A DNA stretch of 64,000 nt from Sphingobacteriales bacterium (GTDB lineage: Bacteria > Bacteroidota > Bacteroidia > Chitinophagales > Chitinophagaceae): the NCBI GenBank assembly GCA_027491165.1, contig JAIXWS010000089.1:1071-65070 (forward strand). Direction: 5' to 3'. Every line of letters begins with the position of its first letter. Position 1 is the first letter of the stretch. The notes under the pieces were generated by a model that was not told the DNA's origin, did not search any database, and was given only the letters and a program-made list of their open reading frames with translations. The translations under genes and the position numbers were made by a program. This document shows positions 20,265 through 29,012 of this stretch, piece after piece.

Positions 20265-21227
20265 ATGGCAAAAGTAGTTGTTGCACCAAAAGTAAAAACA
20301 GAAAAAGCGTCGAAGCCAAAAGCAGTAAAACCCAAAGTGGCTAGAGATGTTGTTGTGTTGACAGAAAAGAAAACTAAATCAACAAAGGCCTCGAAAGCAT
20401 CTTCAGAAGCTACTATAGGTTTATTGAAGCCCAAAAAGGAAGCAATAAAAAAAGCCGAACCACTTAAAGAGGTGCATAGTGTATTGGTTACTTTACCTAA
20501 ACCTGAAACAGAAAAATCTCCATATTTCGAGATTGCCAAAAAGTATAATATTCTTGTAGAATTTTTCCCTTTTGTAAAAGTAGAAGGTATATCTGGTAGG
20601 GATTTTAAAAAGCAAAAATTAGATATCGTAGAGCATACCGCTATTATTTTTACTAGCCGAAATGCTGTCGAGCACTTTTTCAGAATCTGTGAAGAAAATA
20701 AAACAAAGGTTTCGCAAGAGATGAAATACTTCTGTATTTCGGAAGCGGTGGCTTTGTACCTTCAAAAATATATTTTGTATCGCAAGCGTAAGGTTTTTTA
20801 TAGCGCTGATGGGACAACCGATGGTCTCTTAGAAGTTATCGCCAAACACAAACACCAAGAGCGTTACATTCTGCCTACAGCAGATAATGGCAAATCAGAT
20901 ATTCATGTATTCTTAAGCAAAAATAAAATACCTTTTTCCGAAGCAACCTTATATCGCACTGTTAGTAATGATATTACGGTGTTGATGAAAAAGAAATACG
21001 ATTTGCTTTTATTTTTTAGCTCTTTAAGTATTCAAACCTTATTTGATTATTTTCCAAAATTCAAGCAAGGCGATACCATTATTGGTGCATTTGGTCCTGC
21101 CACCGCAAAGGCTATTTTAGAAGCCAATTTGCGTCTTGATATGAATGCACCGATGCCTGGAGCACCTTCTATGGCTGCTGCAGTAGATGTTTTCTTAGAA
21201 GAAAATAAAAAGAAAAGAAAGAAATAA
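20265..21227 (+). CDS. uroporphyrinogen-III synthase-like (HemD family) protein with a Lys-rich N-terminal extension
   Basis: The C-terminal ~245 aa have a HEM4-like layout (IIFTSRNAVEHFF, GAFGPATAKA). The N-terminal ~75 aa are K/A/P/V-rich. Confidence 0.75.
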   Translation: MAKVVVAPKVKTEKASKPKAVKPKVARDVVVLTEKKTKSTKASKASSEATIGLLKPKKEAIKKAEPLKEVHSVLVTLPKPETEKSPYFEIAKKYNILVEFFPFVKVEGISGRDFKKQKLDIVEHTAIIFTSRNAVEHFFRICEENKTKVSQEMKYFCISEAVALYLQKYILYRKRKVFYSADGTTDGLLEVIAKHKHQERYILPTADNGKSDIHVFLSKNKIPFSEATLYRTVSNDITVLMKKKYDLLLFFSSLSIQTLFDYFPKFKQGDTIIGAFGPATAKAILEANLRLDMNAPMPGAPSMAAAVDVFLEENKKKRKK

Positions 21228-21244
21228 AGTTCTAGTAAATAGTT

Positions 21245-21279
21245 AAAGCCCGAAGTTCAAAAGCTTTGGGCTTTTTTTT
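21245..21279 (+). terminator. Rho-independent terminator after the hemD-like gene
   Basis: aaagcccgaag...ctttgggcttt stem followed by a T8 run. Confidence 0.6.
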
Positions 21280-21352
21280 GTGTAAGTGTGGCACTGTGCA
21301 CATCGATTTAATTATAAAGGGCGATGCCAGATAAATCCTATCCTACTTGCTC

Positions 21353-21383
21353 AAAAAAAATGCTGCACTAAGTGTGCAGCATT
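21353..21383 (-). terminator. Rho-independent terminator after yidC
   Basis: atgctgcac-taag-tgtgcagcat stem. The plus-strand A8 run becomes a U-run after the stem on the minus strand. Confidence 0.6.
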
Positions 21384-21402
21384 TGTCTTTATTCCTTTTT
21401 GA

Positions 21403-23223
21403 TTATTTTTTGCCTTTGGCGGCTTGTTGTTTTTGTATTTCGGCGATTTTTTCAGCCCATTTTGAATTGGTCACTGGCTTGCTTTTATTAGCTTGTATTT
21501 CAGCATGAACTTTCTTTTCGTCTATAAAGAACTTCTGAATAATAAATTGCTGTAAAATACTCAGCATGTTGCTGACAAAGTAATAAAAGGTAAGTGCAGC
21601 AGCCATTTTATTGAAGAAGCCCATTAAAAATATCGGGAAGATATAGGGCATCCATTTCATCATCGGGTTATTAGGGTCTTGCGGTGTATTATTACGGTTA
21701 TATACGGCTAGGAAAAGGCTTGATGCTGTCATCAGCAATGTAAACAAGCTGATGTGATTGCCGTACACTGACGATAATCCCCAAATATTGGCTGTCCAAC
21801 TATAAATACTATCGTAGGTAGAAAGATCTTTTGACCACAGGAACGAGGCCTGTCGCAGGGGTAATGCTGTGGGGATAAAGTAGTATAGTGATAGTAAGAT
21901 GGGTAATTGAAACAACATGGGTAAGCACCCGCCTAATGGATTTACGCCAGCAGTTTTATAGAGTTTCATTTGCTCCAAACTAAACTTTTGTTTGTCATCA
22001 CCACATTGTTCTCTTAACTGGTCTAATTCAGGTTTGAGTACCCTCATTTTGGCTGTCGAAAGAAAAGACTTGTACGTAAAAAATGAAAGGGCTAAACGTA
22101 TGATGATGGTCATTAAAATGAGCACTAAAGCAAGATTGCCCACGGTGCTACTAAGGAAAGTGAAGAGCGGTAAAAGCGCCCATTTGTTGATGTATTTTAC
22201 AAATGTAAAAAGACCATAACCATAGGGGACCATGTCTTCGAGTCCTACATTGAAGCTTTTTAGGGTTTGGTAATCGTTTGGTCCGATATACCATTTAAAG
22301 TTATAGGCTTGCTCTGCACCTGCTTTTACCGGTAAATCGAAAGCGAAAGTGCTTTTAGAAACAATGTCTTTTTCGCTAAGCTTGGTATTGGATTTGATGT
22401 TTACTTTGCTAAAAGCATCCTCAGCAATTAACGCGGTACTGAAGTACAGTTGACGATATCCCAACCAAGAAACTGATTTTTCTAGCTCTTCGTTTTTCTC
22501 TTCGTTTACAGTAAAGTAATCATCTTCATTGTCTTTATATCGATAATAAATTTGGGTAGCCAAGCGCTCATTATGCACATCTTTCTCCGTGCTTAGGCCC
22601 TTCATATCCCAGCTGAGTGGTATGGTAGTAGCGGGCATTCCGCTTAGTCGCACATTGTATTGCAAGAGGTAGCCATCGGCAGGTAGCGAATAAGTAACTA
22701 CTACTTTTTTGCCTTCACCCAAATCGGCCACTAGTTCTATTGATTGGCCCCCATTGGCTTCGCTTTTTGTTGGCGTAAAATATAAATCTGCTGTGGCCAA
22801 TGCACCCTTATTGGCAGGCAAAATCATATTCATGCTATTAGCAGCACCTTTAAACAAATAAAGAGGAGCTTGATAATAGGTTTTGTACTCTTTTAATTGT
22901 GCTGCACTAGGGTAGGCGCCCTTTGTGTTAATGGTTACTGCAAGTTTGCTGTTTTCTAAAATCAATTCTTGTGCAGTACCATTGAATGCTGCTGGTAAAA
23001 GTTTGCGTGCAGAGTCATTGATGGCTTGGGTTGCAGAATCTAAAGTTGATGCCGCTGCAATTTTTGATGTATCTATTATAGGTTTGGGATGTAGCTTAGC
23101 ATATGCTATTGAATCCGCAGTTTTTTGAGCGTGGTATTTATTTTGTTCGTAATTGCTATAGGTAAAATAACCTATTAAGATGGCTACTAAAAGCCCGAAG
23201 CCGATCGCTGAATTTTTATCCAT
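21403..23223 (-). CDS. yidC: membrane protein insertase YidC
   Basis: 606 aa. N-terminal TM, a large periplasmic domain, then the conserved core (GCLPMLFQLPILLSLYYF, FLWSKDLS). Confidence 0.93.
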   Translation of the reverse strand: MDKNSAIGFGLLVAILIGYFTYSNYEQNKYHAQKTADSIAYAKLHPKPIIDTSKIAAASTLDSATQAINDSARKLLPAAFNGTAQELILENSKLAVTINTKGAYPSAAQLKEYKTYYQAPLYLFKGAANSMNMILPANKGALATADLYFTPTKSEANGGQSIELVADLGEGKKVVVTYSLPADGYLLQYNVRLSGMPATTIPLSWDMKGLSTEKDVHNERLATQIYYRYKDNEDDYFTVNEEKNEELEKSVSWLGYRQLYFSTALIAEDAFSKVNIKSNTKLSEKDIVSKSTFAFDLPVKAGAEQAYNFKWYIGPNDYQTLKSFNVGLEDMVPYGYGLFTFVKYINKWALLPLFTFLSSTVGNLALVLILMTIIIRLALSFFTYKSFLSTAKMRVLKPELDQLREQCGDDKQKFSLEQMKLYKTAGVNPLGGCLPMLFQLPILLSLYYFIPTALPLRQASFLWSKDLSTYDSIYSWTANIWGLSSVYGNHISLFTLLMTASSLFLAVYNRNNTPQDPNNPMMKWMPYIFPIFLMGFFNKMAAALTFYYFVSNMLSILQQFIIQKFFIDEKKVHAEIQANKSKPVTNSKWAEKIAEIQKQQAAKGKK

Positions 23224-23352
23224 TGCTTAATTAAAGTGTCAATTGAGCAGCGAAGGTAAGGATTGTGTTGCGGACTTGGCATCTTGTTCTATTTTTTTCA
23301 GCAAGTCCTTAAATCAAGCAAAAGTTGTGCTTTAATGCTAAATTGCCATCCT

Positions 23353-23799
23353 ATGTATCAAATAAGAAATGCAGTCAAAGCAGATTGCCCTGCAATGATG
23401 GATTTAATAAGGGAATTAGCCATTTTTGAAAAAGCGCCAGAGCAAGTTACTGTTTCCTTATCCCATTTTGAAGAAAGTGGTTTTGGTGAACAGCCGGTTT
23501 GGTGGGCATTTGTGGCCGAAACGGACGGCGTCATTGTGGCTATGGCGCTCTATTATATTCGTTATAGTACTTGGAAAGGTCAAAGGATGTATCTAGAAGA
23601 TATCATCGTTTCAGAAGCTTATCGAGGACAAGGTGTAGGTGCTGCGCTGATGGAAGCTTTAATTGCCGAAGCAAAAGCAAAACATTTCAATGGGATGATA
23701 TGGCAGGTTTTGGATTGGAACGAAGCCGCAATACAATTTTATAAAAAGTATCAAGCACATTTTGACCCAGAATGGATCAATGTTAGTTTAGATTTTTAA
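23353..23799 (+). CDS. GNAT family N-acetyltransferase (diamine/spermidine acetyltransferase-like)
   Basis: Acetyl-CoA motif YRGQGVGAALMEALI. The ATG at 23353 (MYQIRNAV...) is preferred over the upstream ORF extension from 23263. Confidence 0.85.
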   Translation: MYQIRNAVKADCPAMMDLIRELAIFEKAPEQVTVSLSHFEESGFGEQPVWWAFVAETDGVIVAMALYYIRYSTWKGQRMYLEDIIVSEAYRGQGVGAALMEALIAEAKAKHFNGMIWQVLDWNEAAIQFYKKYQAHFDPEWINVSLDF

Positions 23800-24662
23800 T
23801 ATTGTGTACGCCAATAGCCAAGATTGGAGGGGCATTTATAGGTTTTGAGTTGGATAGAAAGCCAAAATTGCAACATCAGATATTGGTCTAAAGTATTATT
23901 GGCTCCTCTTTGTTTATTAGCCTGTCCAATTGGATTTTGTGGATTAACAAGTAGAGAAGGATCTTGGATGAAATAGGCCGCATTGAGGGCAGAGGGGTCT
24001 GGGGCAAATTTGTCAGAACCAATATAAGTAGTACTCACGTCATCAAGGTAATCTGTAAAAGTGAGTCGATGCACAGTTTCTAATCCCATGTTAACGCCGG
24101 GAGCCAACCACCATTTTACGCCAGCGCCAATAGGTACGCACATCGAGATACTATTATATTTTCTGTCTGCATATTGTGCAAAATTTTGGCCTTCGGTTCC
24201 TAATGGTCTCAAAAAGTATTTTTCTCCTTTGTAAGTGGTGTAGGGGTTATAATAAAAAGCGCCAATACCGATGCTGAGGTAGGGAGTCCAGCCATTCTCT
24301 TCATTACCTGTTTCGTACCTAAAAAAATTAAATTCGGTTTGAAGTGTGGCTTCAAAGATGTCGCTTCGGAAATTTAGGTTGCGCATTTTTTGGTAGGCGT
24401 TACTATTGTATTTGTCATCATAGCCTACCTGGGTGTAGTTTGCCGCAGCGCGTATAGAGATATAATGGTTGAAATTATAACGCGTTAAAACACCAAAATT
24501 GCTCCGTATATGCTTGAATCCATAATTGTCATTTAAGTCACCAAAGTATTGGGTTGCACCTACCGAAGCGCCAAACTCAGTCCATTTGAAAAAGCTTTGA
24601 GCTTGTGTTTTGCTGATAGAGCAAATAAAAATCAGGAAAGTAAAAAGATGTTTTGAAAACAT
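23796..24662 (-). CDS. outer-membrane beta-barrel protein (DUF6089-like)
   Basis: Signal peptide ending AQS. Alternating beta-strand pattern. C-terminal aromatic residue. Confidence 0.7.
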   Translation of the reverse strand: MFSKHLFTFLIFICSISKTQAQSFFKWTEFGASVGATQYFGDLNDNYGFKHIRSNFGVLTRYNFNHYISIRAAANYTQVGYDDKYNSNAYQKMRNLNFRSDIFEATLQTEFNFFRYETGNEENGWTPYLSIGIGAFYYNPYTTYKGEKYFLRPLGTEGQNFAQYADRKYNSISMCVPIGAGVKWWLAPGVNMGLETVHRLTFTDYLDDVSTTYIGSDKFAPDPSALNAAYFIQDPSLLVNPQNPIGQANKQRGANNTLDQYLMLQFWLSIQLKTYKCPSNLGYWRTQY

Positions 24663-24705
24663 AGTGTAAATCTAAGAAAAAAAATAGCACAATTTATAGC
24701 TGAGT

Positions 24706-25203
24706 TTAATTCGCTTTTTCAGGTTTTACTTTGAAAGTAAAAAAGCGTTGCACTAAATAGCTAAAAACAGCTAGAATAATAATAGTTAAAGTTTGAGAGG
24801 GTGTTGGGTAAATGTGCAATACATTGATAAAGAACTTGAGCATCCAATAGTTTAAAACAAAGTTGAGCGCAACAAGAGAGATATATCTAAATAATTGAAT
24901 CCGCCCTTTTAAATTCGATTCTTGAAATACAATGTATTTTGAAAATAAGAAACCTAAAGGTATGGTTACAGCAGATGCAATAATTAAAGAAGCATAAGGG
25001 CCGGCGATGGGGCCATTATTGGGAACAGGAACATCTTTTTTGTGCAATAGAATATTAAAACTAAACCAATAGATAAAAATATTGAGCAGCTGGTTAGAAC
25101 CGCCACAGGCTAGGTATCTAAACGTTTGTTGATCTATCCATCGAGCAAATGGAGGATGAAAAAAATCAATAATTTGAAGTAGGATTTTTCTTATTTTAAA
25201 CAC
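24706..25203 (-). CDS. GtrA-family membrane protein
   Basis: 165 aa with four TM helices. FRYLACGGSNQLLN and QRFFTFK motifs are typical of GtrA-like proteins. Confidence 0.78.
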   Translation of the reverse strand: MFKIRKILLQIIDFFHPPFARWIDQQTFRYLACGGSNQLLNIFIYWFSFNILLHKKDVPVPNNGPIAGPYASLIIASAVTIPLGFLFSKYIVFQESNLKGRIQLFRYISLVALNFVLNYWMLKFFINVLHIYPTPSQTLTIIILAVFSYLVQRFFTFKVKPEKAN

Positions 25204-25307
25204 TACAATATTTTTGGAAAAGGCAGTTGCAAATGTAATAGCAAATTTTTACAGAAAAGATTATTCAGGAAAATGAAAAAAAAATTTGGAGAAATAAAAT
25301 TCTTATC

Positions 25308-25315
25308 TACTTTTG
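25308..25315 (+). promoter_or_regulatory. -7 promoter box (TActTTTG) upstream of the tRNA cluster
   Basis: tacttttgcaatcc lies 48 nt upstream of tRNA-Thr(TGT). The same 14-mer occurs upstream of rpmH. Confidence 0.5.
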
Positions 25316-25362
25316 CAATCCCGAAAACAAAGGGTAAGTTCTTTCAAACGCTTTAATAATAA

Positions 25363-25435
25363 GCCACTTTAGCTCAGATGGTAGAGCAACTGATTTGTAA
25401 TCAGTAGGTCGCTGGTTCGATTCCGGCAAGTGGCT
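25363..25435 (+). tRNA. tRNA-Thr (anticodon TGT)
   Basis: Cloverleaf by eye: acceptor GCCACTT/AAGTGGC, anticodon arm ACTGA-TTTGTAA-TCAGT, T-loop GGTTCGATTCC. CCA is not encoded. Confidence 0.92.
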
Positions 25436-25501
25436 CTGTAAATTTTTAAGAAAAGAAAATTGGTTTATCCTATCTTCGCAATCTTAACTGTTTATATAAC
25501 C

Positions 25502-25584
25502 GGGTAGGTGGCCGAGTGGTTAAAGGCGGCAGACTGTAAATCTGCTCACTCACGTGTACGTAGGTTCGAACCCTACCCTGCCCA
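25502..25584 (+). tRNA. tRNA-Tyr (anticodon GTA), long variable arm
   Basis: Acceptor GGGTAGG/CCTGCCC. Anticodon loop CTGTAAA. Long variable arm. T-loop GGTTCGAACCC. Confidence 0.92.
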
Positions 25585-25655
25585 CAGGTTTATGCTCGAA
25601 TTTGGACTTTGTATTTACAAAGTCCAAATTTTAGCGTTAAAAAGGTTTTTTACAA

Positions 25656-25728
25656 GCGGGAGTAGCTCAGTTGGTAGAGCGACAGCCTTCCAAGCTGTAG
25701 GTCGCGGGTTCGAGCCTCGTCTCCCGCT
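25656..25728 (+). tRNA. tRNA-Gly (anticodon TCC)
   Basis: Acceptor GCGGGAG/CTCCCGC. Anticodon arm ACAGC-CTTCCAA-GCTGT. T-loop GGTTCGAGCC. Confidence 0.92.
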
Positions 25729-25738
25729 CTATACAAAA

Positions 25739-25810
<72 letters not shown>

Positions 25811-25863
25811 CGAAAGAGTAGGAATTGCAATAGTGGGATGGAGCATCCCGTTGTATAACGGGA

Positions 25864-25898
25864 AGGTCGGCAGTTCAATCCTGCTCAACAGCTCGAAA
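25864..25898 (+). repeat. 35-nt direct duplicate of the 3' part of tRNA-Thr(GGT) plus 5 nt of trailer
   Basis: aggtcggcagttcaatcctgctcaacagctcgaaa at 25781-25815 is repeated exactly at 25864-25898. No matching 5' acceptor strand lies upstream of the second copy. Confidence 0.9.
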
Positions 25899-25987
25899 AA
25901 CAATTGGAAATTTGCACCTTATGCGTTAAATTTTCAATAACATATTACAAACAAGTTGTCAGATTTTTTTAGTCCGATAATTATTAA

Positions 25988-25995
25988 TACATTTG
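25988..25995 (+). promoter_or_regulatory. -7 promoter box (TAcaTTTG) upstream of tuf
   Basis: tacatttg lies about 98 nt upstream of the tuf ATG. Confidence 0.4.
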
Positions 25996-26092
25996 CGCTC
26001 GTTTCGGCAAAAAAGTGTTTTCTTTTTTTGTTGAACTCAATGCAAAATTAGAAAACAACAATTGTAAACAACTTCTTAAAAAAAAGAATAAA

Positions 26093-27280
26093 ATGGCAAA
26101 AGAGACCTTTAACAGGGAGAAACCCCACGTAAACATTGGTACAATTGGTCACGTAGACCATGGTAAAACAACTTTGACTGCTGCTATTACATCGGTGCTT
26201 GCATCTAAAGGTATGGCTGCGAAAAAAGGCTATGATGAAATTGATGGTGCGCCAGAAGAAAGAGAGCGTGGTATCACAATTAATACTGCACACGTTGAAT
26301 ACGAAACAGTTAATCGTCACTATGCACACGTTGACTGTCCAGGTCACGCCGACTACGTAAAAAATATGATTACGGGTGCTGCCCAAATGGATGGCGCTAT
26401 CCTTGTAGTTGCTGCTACTGATGGACCAATGCCTCAAACAAGAGAGCATATCCTTCTTGCTAAACAAGTAGGTGTACCTCGTATTGTAGTGTTCATGAAC
26501 AAAGTTGATCTTGTTGATGATGCTGAAATCCTTGAGCTTGTAGAAATGGAAGTTCGTGATTTGTTGACCAAAAACGGATTTGATGGTGATAACACACCAA
26601 TCATCCAAGGTTCTGCACTTTCTGGTTTGAATGGTGAAGACGCTGGTATCAAACAAATCGAAGACTTGATGTCTGCTGTTGATGAGTACATTCCATTACC
26701 TCCACGTGCTGTTGATCAACCATTCTTGATGTCTGTAGAGGACGTATTTACGATCACTGGTCGTGGTACAGTTGCTACCGGTCGTATCGAGCGCGGTGTG
26801 ATTAAAGTTGGTGAGAACGTTGAAATCGTTGGTTTTAACGAAGATCCATTGACTTCAACTTGTACAGGTGTTGAGATGTTCAAAAAATTATTGGATCGTG
26901 GTGAGGCTGGTGATAATGCTGGTATCTTGCTTCGCGGTATCGAGAAAAAAGATATCCGTCGTGGTATGGTTATTTGCGCTCCAAAATCAATCACTCCTCA
27001 TACAGAATTTAAAGGTGAAGTTTACGTACTTTCAAAAGATGAAGGTGGTCGTCATACTCCATTCTTTAACAAATACCGTCCTCAATTCTACTTCCGTACT
27101 ACAGACGTTACTGGCGAATGTATGTTACCAGAAGGTGTTGAAATGGTAATGCCTGGTGATAACGTTAACTTGCACGTAGTATTGATCGCTCCAATCGCGA
27201 TGGATAAAGGTCTTAAATTCGCGATTCGTGAAGGTGGACGTACGGTAGGTGCTGGTCAAGTTACTGAAATCATCAAGTAA
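26093..27280 (+). CDS. tuf: elongation factor Tu
   Basis: [36 protein letters not shown] and NKVD motifs. 395 aa from the ATG at 26093; the upstream ORF extension from 26015 is not credible. Confidence 0.98.
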   Translation: MAKETFNREKPHVNIGTIGHVDHGKTTLTAAITSVLASKGMAAKKGYDEIDGAPEERERGITINTAHVEYETVNRHYAHVDCPGHADYVKNMITGAAQMDGAILVVAATDGPMPQTREHILLAKQVGVPRIVVFMNKVDLVDDAEILELVEMEVRDLLTKNGFDGDNTPIIQGSALSGLNGEDAGIKQIEDLMSAVDEYIPLPPRAVDQPFLMSVEDVFTITGRGTVATGRIERGVIKVGENVEIVGFNEDPLTSTCTGVEMFKKLLDRGEAGDNAGILLRGIEKKDIRRGMVICAPKSITPHTEFKGEVYVLSKDEGGRHTPFFNKYRPQFYFRTTDVTGECMLPEGVEMVMPGDNVNLHVVLIAPIAMDKGLKFAIREGGRTVGAGQVTEIIK

Positions 27281-27310
27281 TTTTTGATTATCATTTTGTA
27301 AGAATACATT

Positions 27311-27348
27311 GTAATTAGCTAATTAGCCTTTGCTAATTAGCTAATTAC
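27311..27348 (+). terminator. perfect 17-bp AT-rich hairpin between tuf and tRNA-Trp (terminator or processing site)
   Basis: gtaattagctaattagc-cttt-gctaattagctaattac followed by ttt. Confidence 0.5.
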
Positions 27349-27360
27349 TTTACCATATAC

Positions 27361-27431
27361 ACGGGCATGGTGCAACGGTAGCATACGGGTCTCCAAAACC
27401 TTTGATCTGGGTTCGAATCCTAGTGCCCGTG
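27361..27431 (+). tRNA. tRNA-Trp (anticodon CCA)
   Basis: Acceptor ACGGGCA/TGCCCGT. Anticodon loop CTCCAAA. T-loop GGTTCGAATCC. It holds the conserved position between tuf and secE. Confidence 0.88.
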
Positions 27432-27484
27432 CAAACAGTTTTTATTGAGCTTTTTTGTAGCTTTACAAAACAAATATATTTTTT

Positions 27485-27682
27485 ATGAGCAAATTTGGTA
27501 GCTATATTCAAGAGGCCTACGACGAGTTAATACATAAAGTAACCTGGCCAACAGCTGATGAATTGCAGCAAACTACAGTTATAGTATTAGTGGCTTTAGC
27601 CATTGTTACTTTAGTCATGTTGGGTATGAATGTTGCTTCGGAGAAAGTAATTACCCTAATATATAACCTATTGGGCAACTAA
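27485..27682 (+). CDS. secE: preprotein translocase subunit SecE
   Basis: 65 aa. ELIHKVTWPT motif followed by a single TM helix. Located immediately upstream of nusG. Confidence 0.9.
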   Translation: MSKFGSYIQEAYDELIHKVTWPTADELQQTTVIVLVALAIVTLVMLGMNVASEKVITLIYNLLGN

Positions 27683-27696
27683 ATAATATCTTTCAG

Positions 27697-28263
27697 ATGA
27701 GTGAAGAAATAGTTATTAATCAGGACACCAAATGGTACGTATTGCGCGTAGTAAGTGGTAAAGAAAAAAAACTGAAAGAGTATATTGATAAAGAAATCAA
27801 AATCAATAACTGGTCAAAATCTGTTCATCAGGTACTTTGCCCAGTTGAAAAAATATTTAAAGTCGTAGGCGGTAAAAAAGCCCTTCGTGAAAAAATATTG
27901 TTCCCCGGTTATTTGATGATTGAGGCTGCTGATGGCAAATTGACTGATGATATTGTACAAACAGTCAAATCACTTAATGGCGTAATTCATTTTTTAGGAA
28001 AAGAAAACCCTATTGCCCTTCGCAAAAACGAAGTGAATAAAATGTTTGGCAAGATGGATGAGGTTTCTGAGGCGGGTATTGGTTACGCCGCTACCTTTAT
28101 CGTAGGTGAAGTGGTGAAAATTATCGATGGTCCATTTAATGATTTCAACGGTACGGTAGAAGAGGTAAATGATGAGAAGAAGAAATTAAAAGTGACCGTA
28201 AAAATATTTGGACGTGCTCAACCCGTTGAGTTAAATTATGGACAAGTAGAAAAAGAAGCTTAA
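27697..28263 (+). CDS. nusG: transcription termination/antitermination factor NusG
   Basis: NGN domain (WYVLRVVSGKEKK, FPGYLMIE). C-terminal KOW (GEVVKIIDGPFNDFNGTVEEV). Confidence 0.95.
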   Translation: MSEEIVINQDTKWYVLRVVSGKEKKLKEYIDKEIKINNWSKSVHQVLCPVEKIFKVVGGKKALREKILFPGYLMIEAADGKLTDDIVQTVKSLNGVIHFLGKENPIALRKNEVNKMFGKMDEVSEAGIGYAATFIVGEVVKIIDGPFNDFNGTVEEVNDEKKKLKVTVKIFGRAQPVELNYGQVEKEA

Positions 28264-28285
28264 TTGGTTCATTCAAACACATTTT

Positions 28286-28322
28286 AAGGCTGTTTCATTT
28301 TTGGAACAGCCTTATTTTTTTA
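28286..28322 (+). terminator. Rho-independent terminator after nusG
   Basis: aaggctgtt...aacagcctt 9-bp stem followed by a T-run. Confidence 0.7.
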
Positions 28323-28338
28323 ATAAGATCACTAATCA

Positions 28339-29004
28339 TTGTCTACACCCTTTAAAAATCATTATAAAACGCTCGAAATCGCTCCACAAGCTTCTTTGTC
28401 GGAGATCAAAAAAGCATATCGTCATCTTGCTCGTAAATACCATCCCGATCTAAATGCCCATACAGCTCAGGCAACAGTATATTTTCAAGAAATACAACTT
28501 GCTTATGAAATTTTAGGTAATCCCATCAAGCGCCGTAGTTATGATATCGAATTAAAACATGCGGGGCAAAGTTTTTTCAGTTTGAAAGATGGTGGCTTAA
28601 ACAATTCGGAACAAATACTTAAGCAATCCAAAGATTTGTATCAATACATTCGTTCCTTAGATCAACGAGTGGTTAATCATGATGCATTAATAGATTTTGT
28701 TTTGGGGCTGTTGCACACAGAAAATATGGCCTTGTTGCAACGCGACAACAATCAAGAATACAATGTACAAATTACTGAAAATTTATTGAATTCTTGCAAG
28801 GCTGTGGTAGCTTCTCGTTTGTTTCAGCAACTTGCCGAGAGGCTTTATGTATTGCATCCAGATAATACTACTGCCATGCATCAAAGAATTTCTGTAGAAC
28901 TTTCTTCCAGGATTCAAAAAGAAAGACAAAACAGATTGGTGCCTTATGCAGCTTTTCTTGTTGTTTTTATCGTTATTCTCCTAATGCTTCTGATTGTTTT
29001 TTAA
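28339..29004 (+). CDS. J-domain (DnaJ-like) protein with a C-terminal transmembrane anchor
   Basis: HYKTLEIAPQASLSEIKKAYRHLARKYHPD (HPD motif). C-terminal helix AAFLVVFIVILLMLLIVF. TTG start. Confidence 0.8.
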   Translation: MSTPFKNHYKTLEIAPQASLSEIKKAYRHLARKYHPDLNAHTAQATVYFQEIQLAYEILGNPIKRRSYDIELKHAGQSFFSLKDGGLNNSEQILKQSKDLYQYIRSLDQRVVNHDALIDFVLGLLHTENMALLQRDNNQEYNVQITENLLNSCKAVVASRLFQQLAERLYVLHPDNTTAMHQRISVELSSRIQKERQNRLVPYAAFLVVFIVILLMLLIVF

Positions 29005-29012
29005 CTTGATAT

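Noticed and set aside
26048-26994. Several antisense or alternative-frame ORFs (202, 85 and 92 aa on the minus strand; 93 aa on the plus strand at 26868-27149) within tuf
   Set aside because: They lie fully inside the highly conserved EF-Tu coding sequence and have no motifs. Such ORFs are typical in a codon-biased gene.
27311-27348. CRISPR-like repeat (taattagc units)
   Set aside because: It is a single inverted repeat with no spacer-repeat periodicity and no cas genes. No CRISPR array is visible anywhere in the window.
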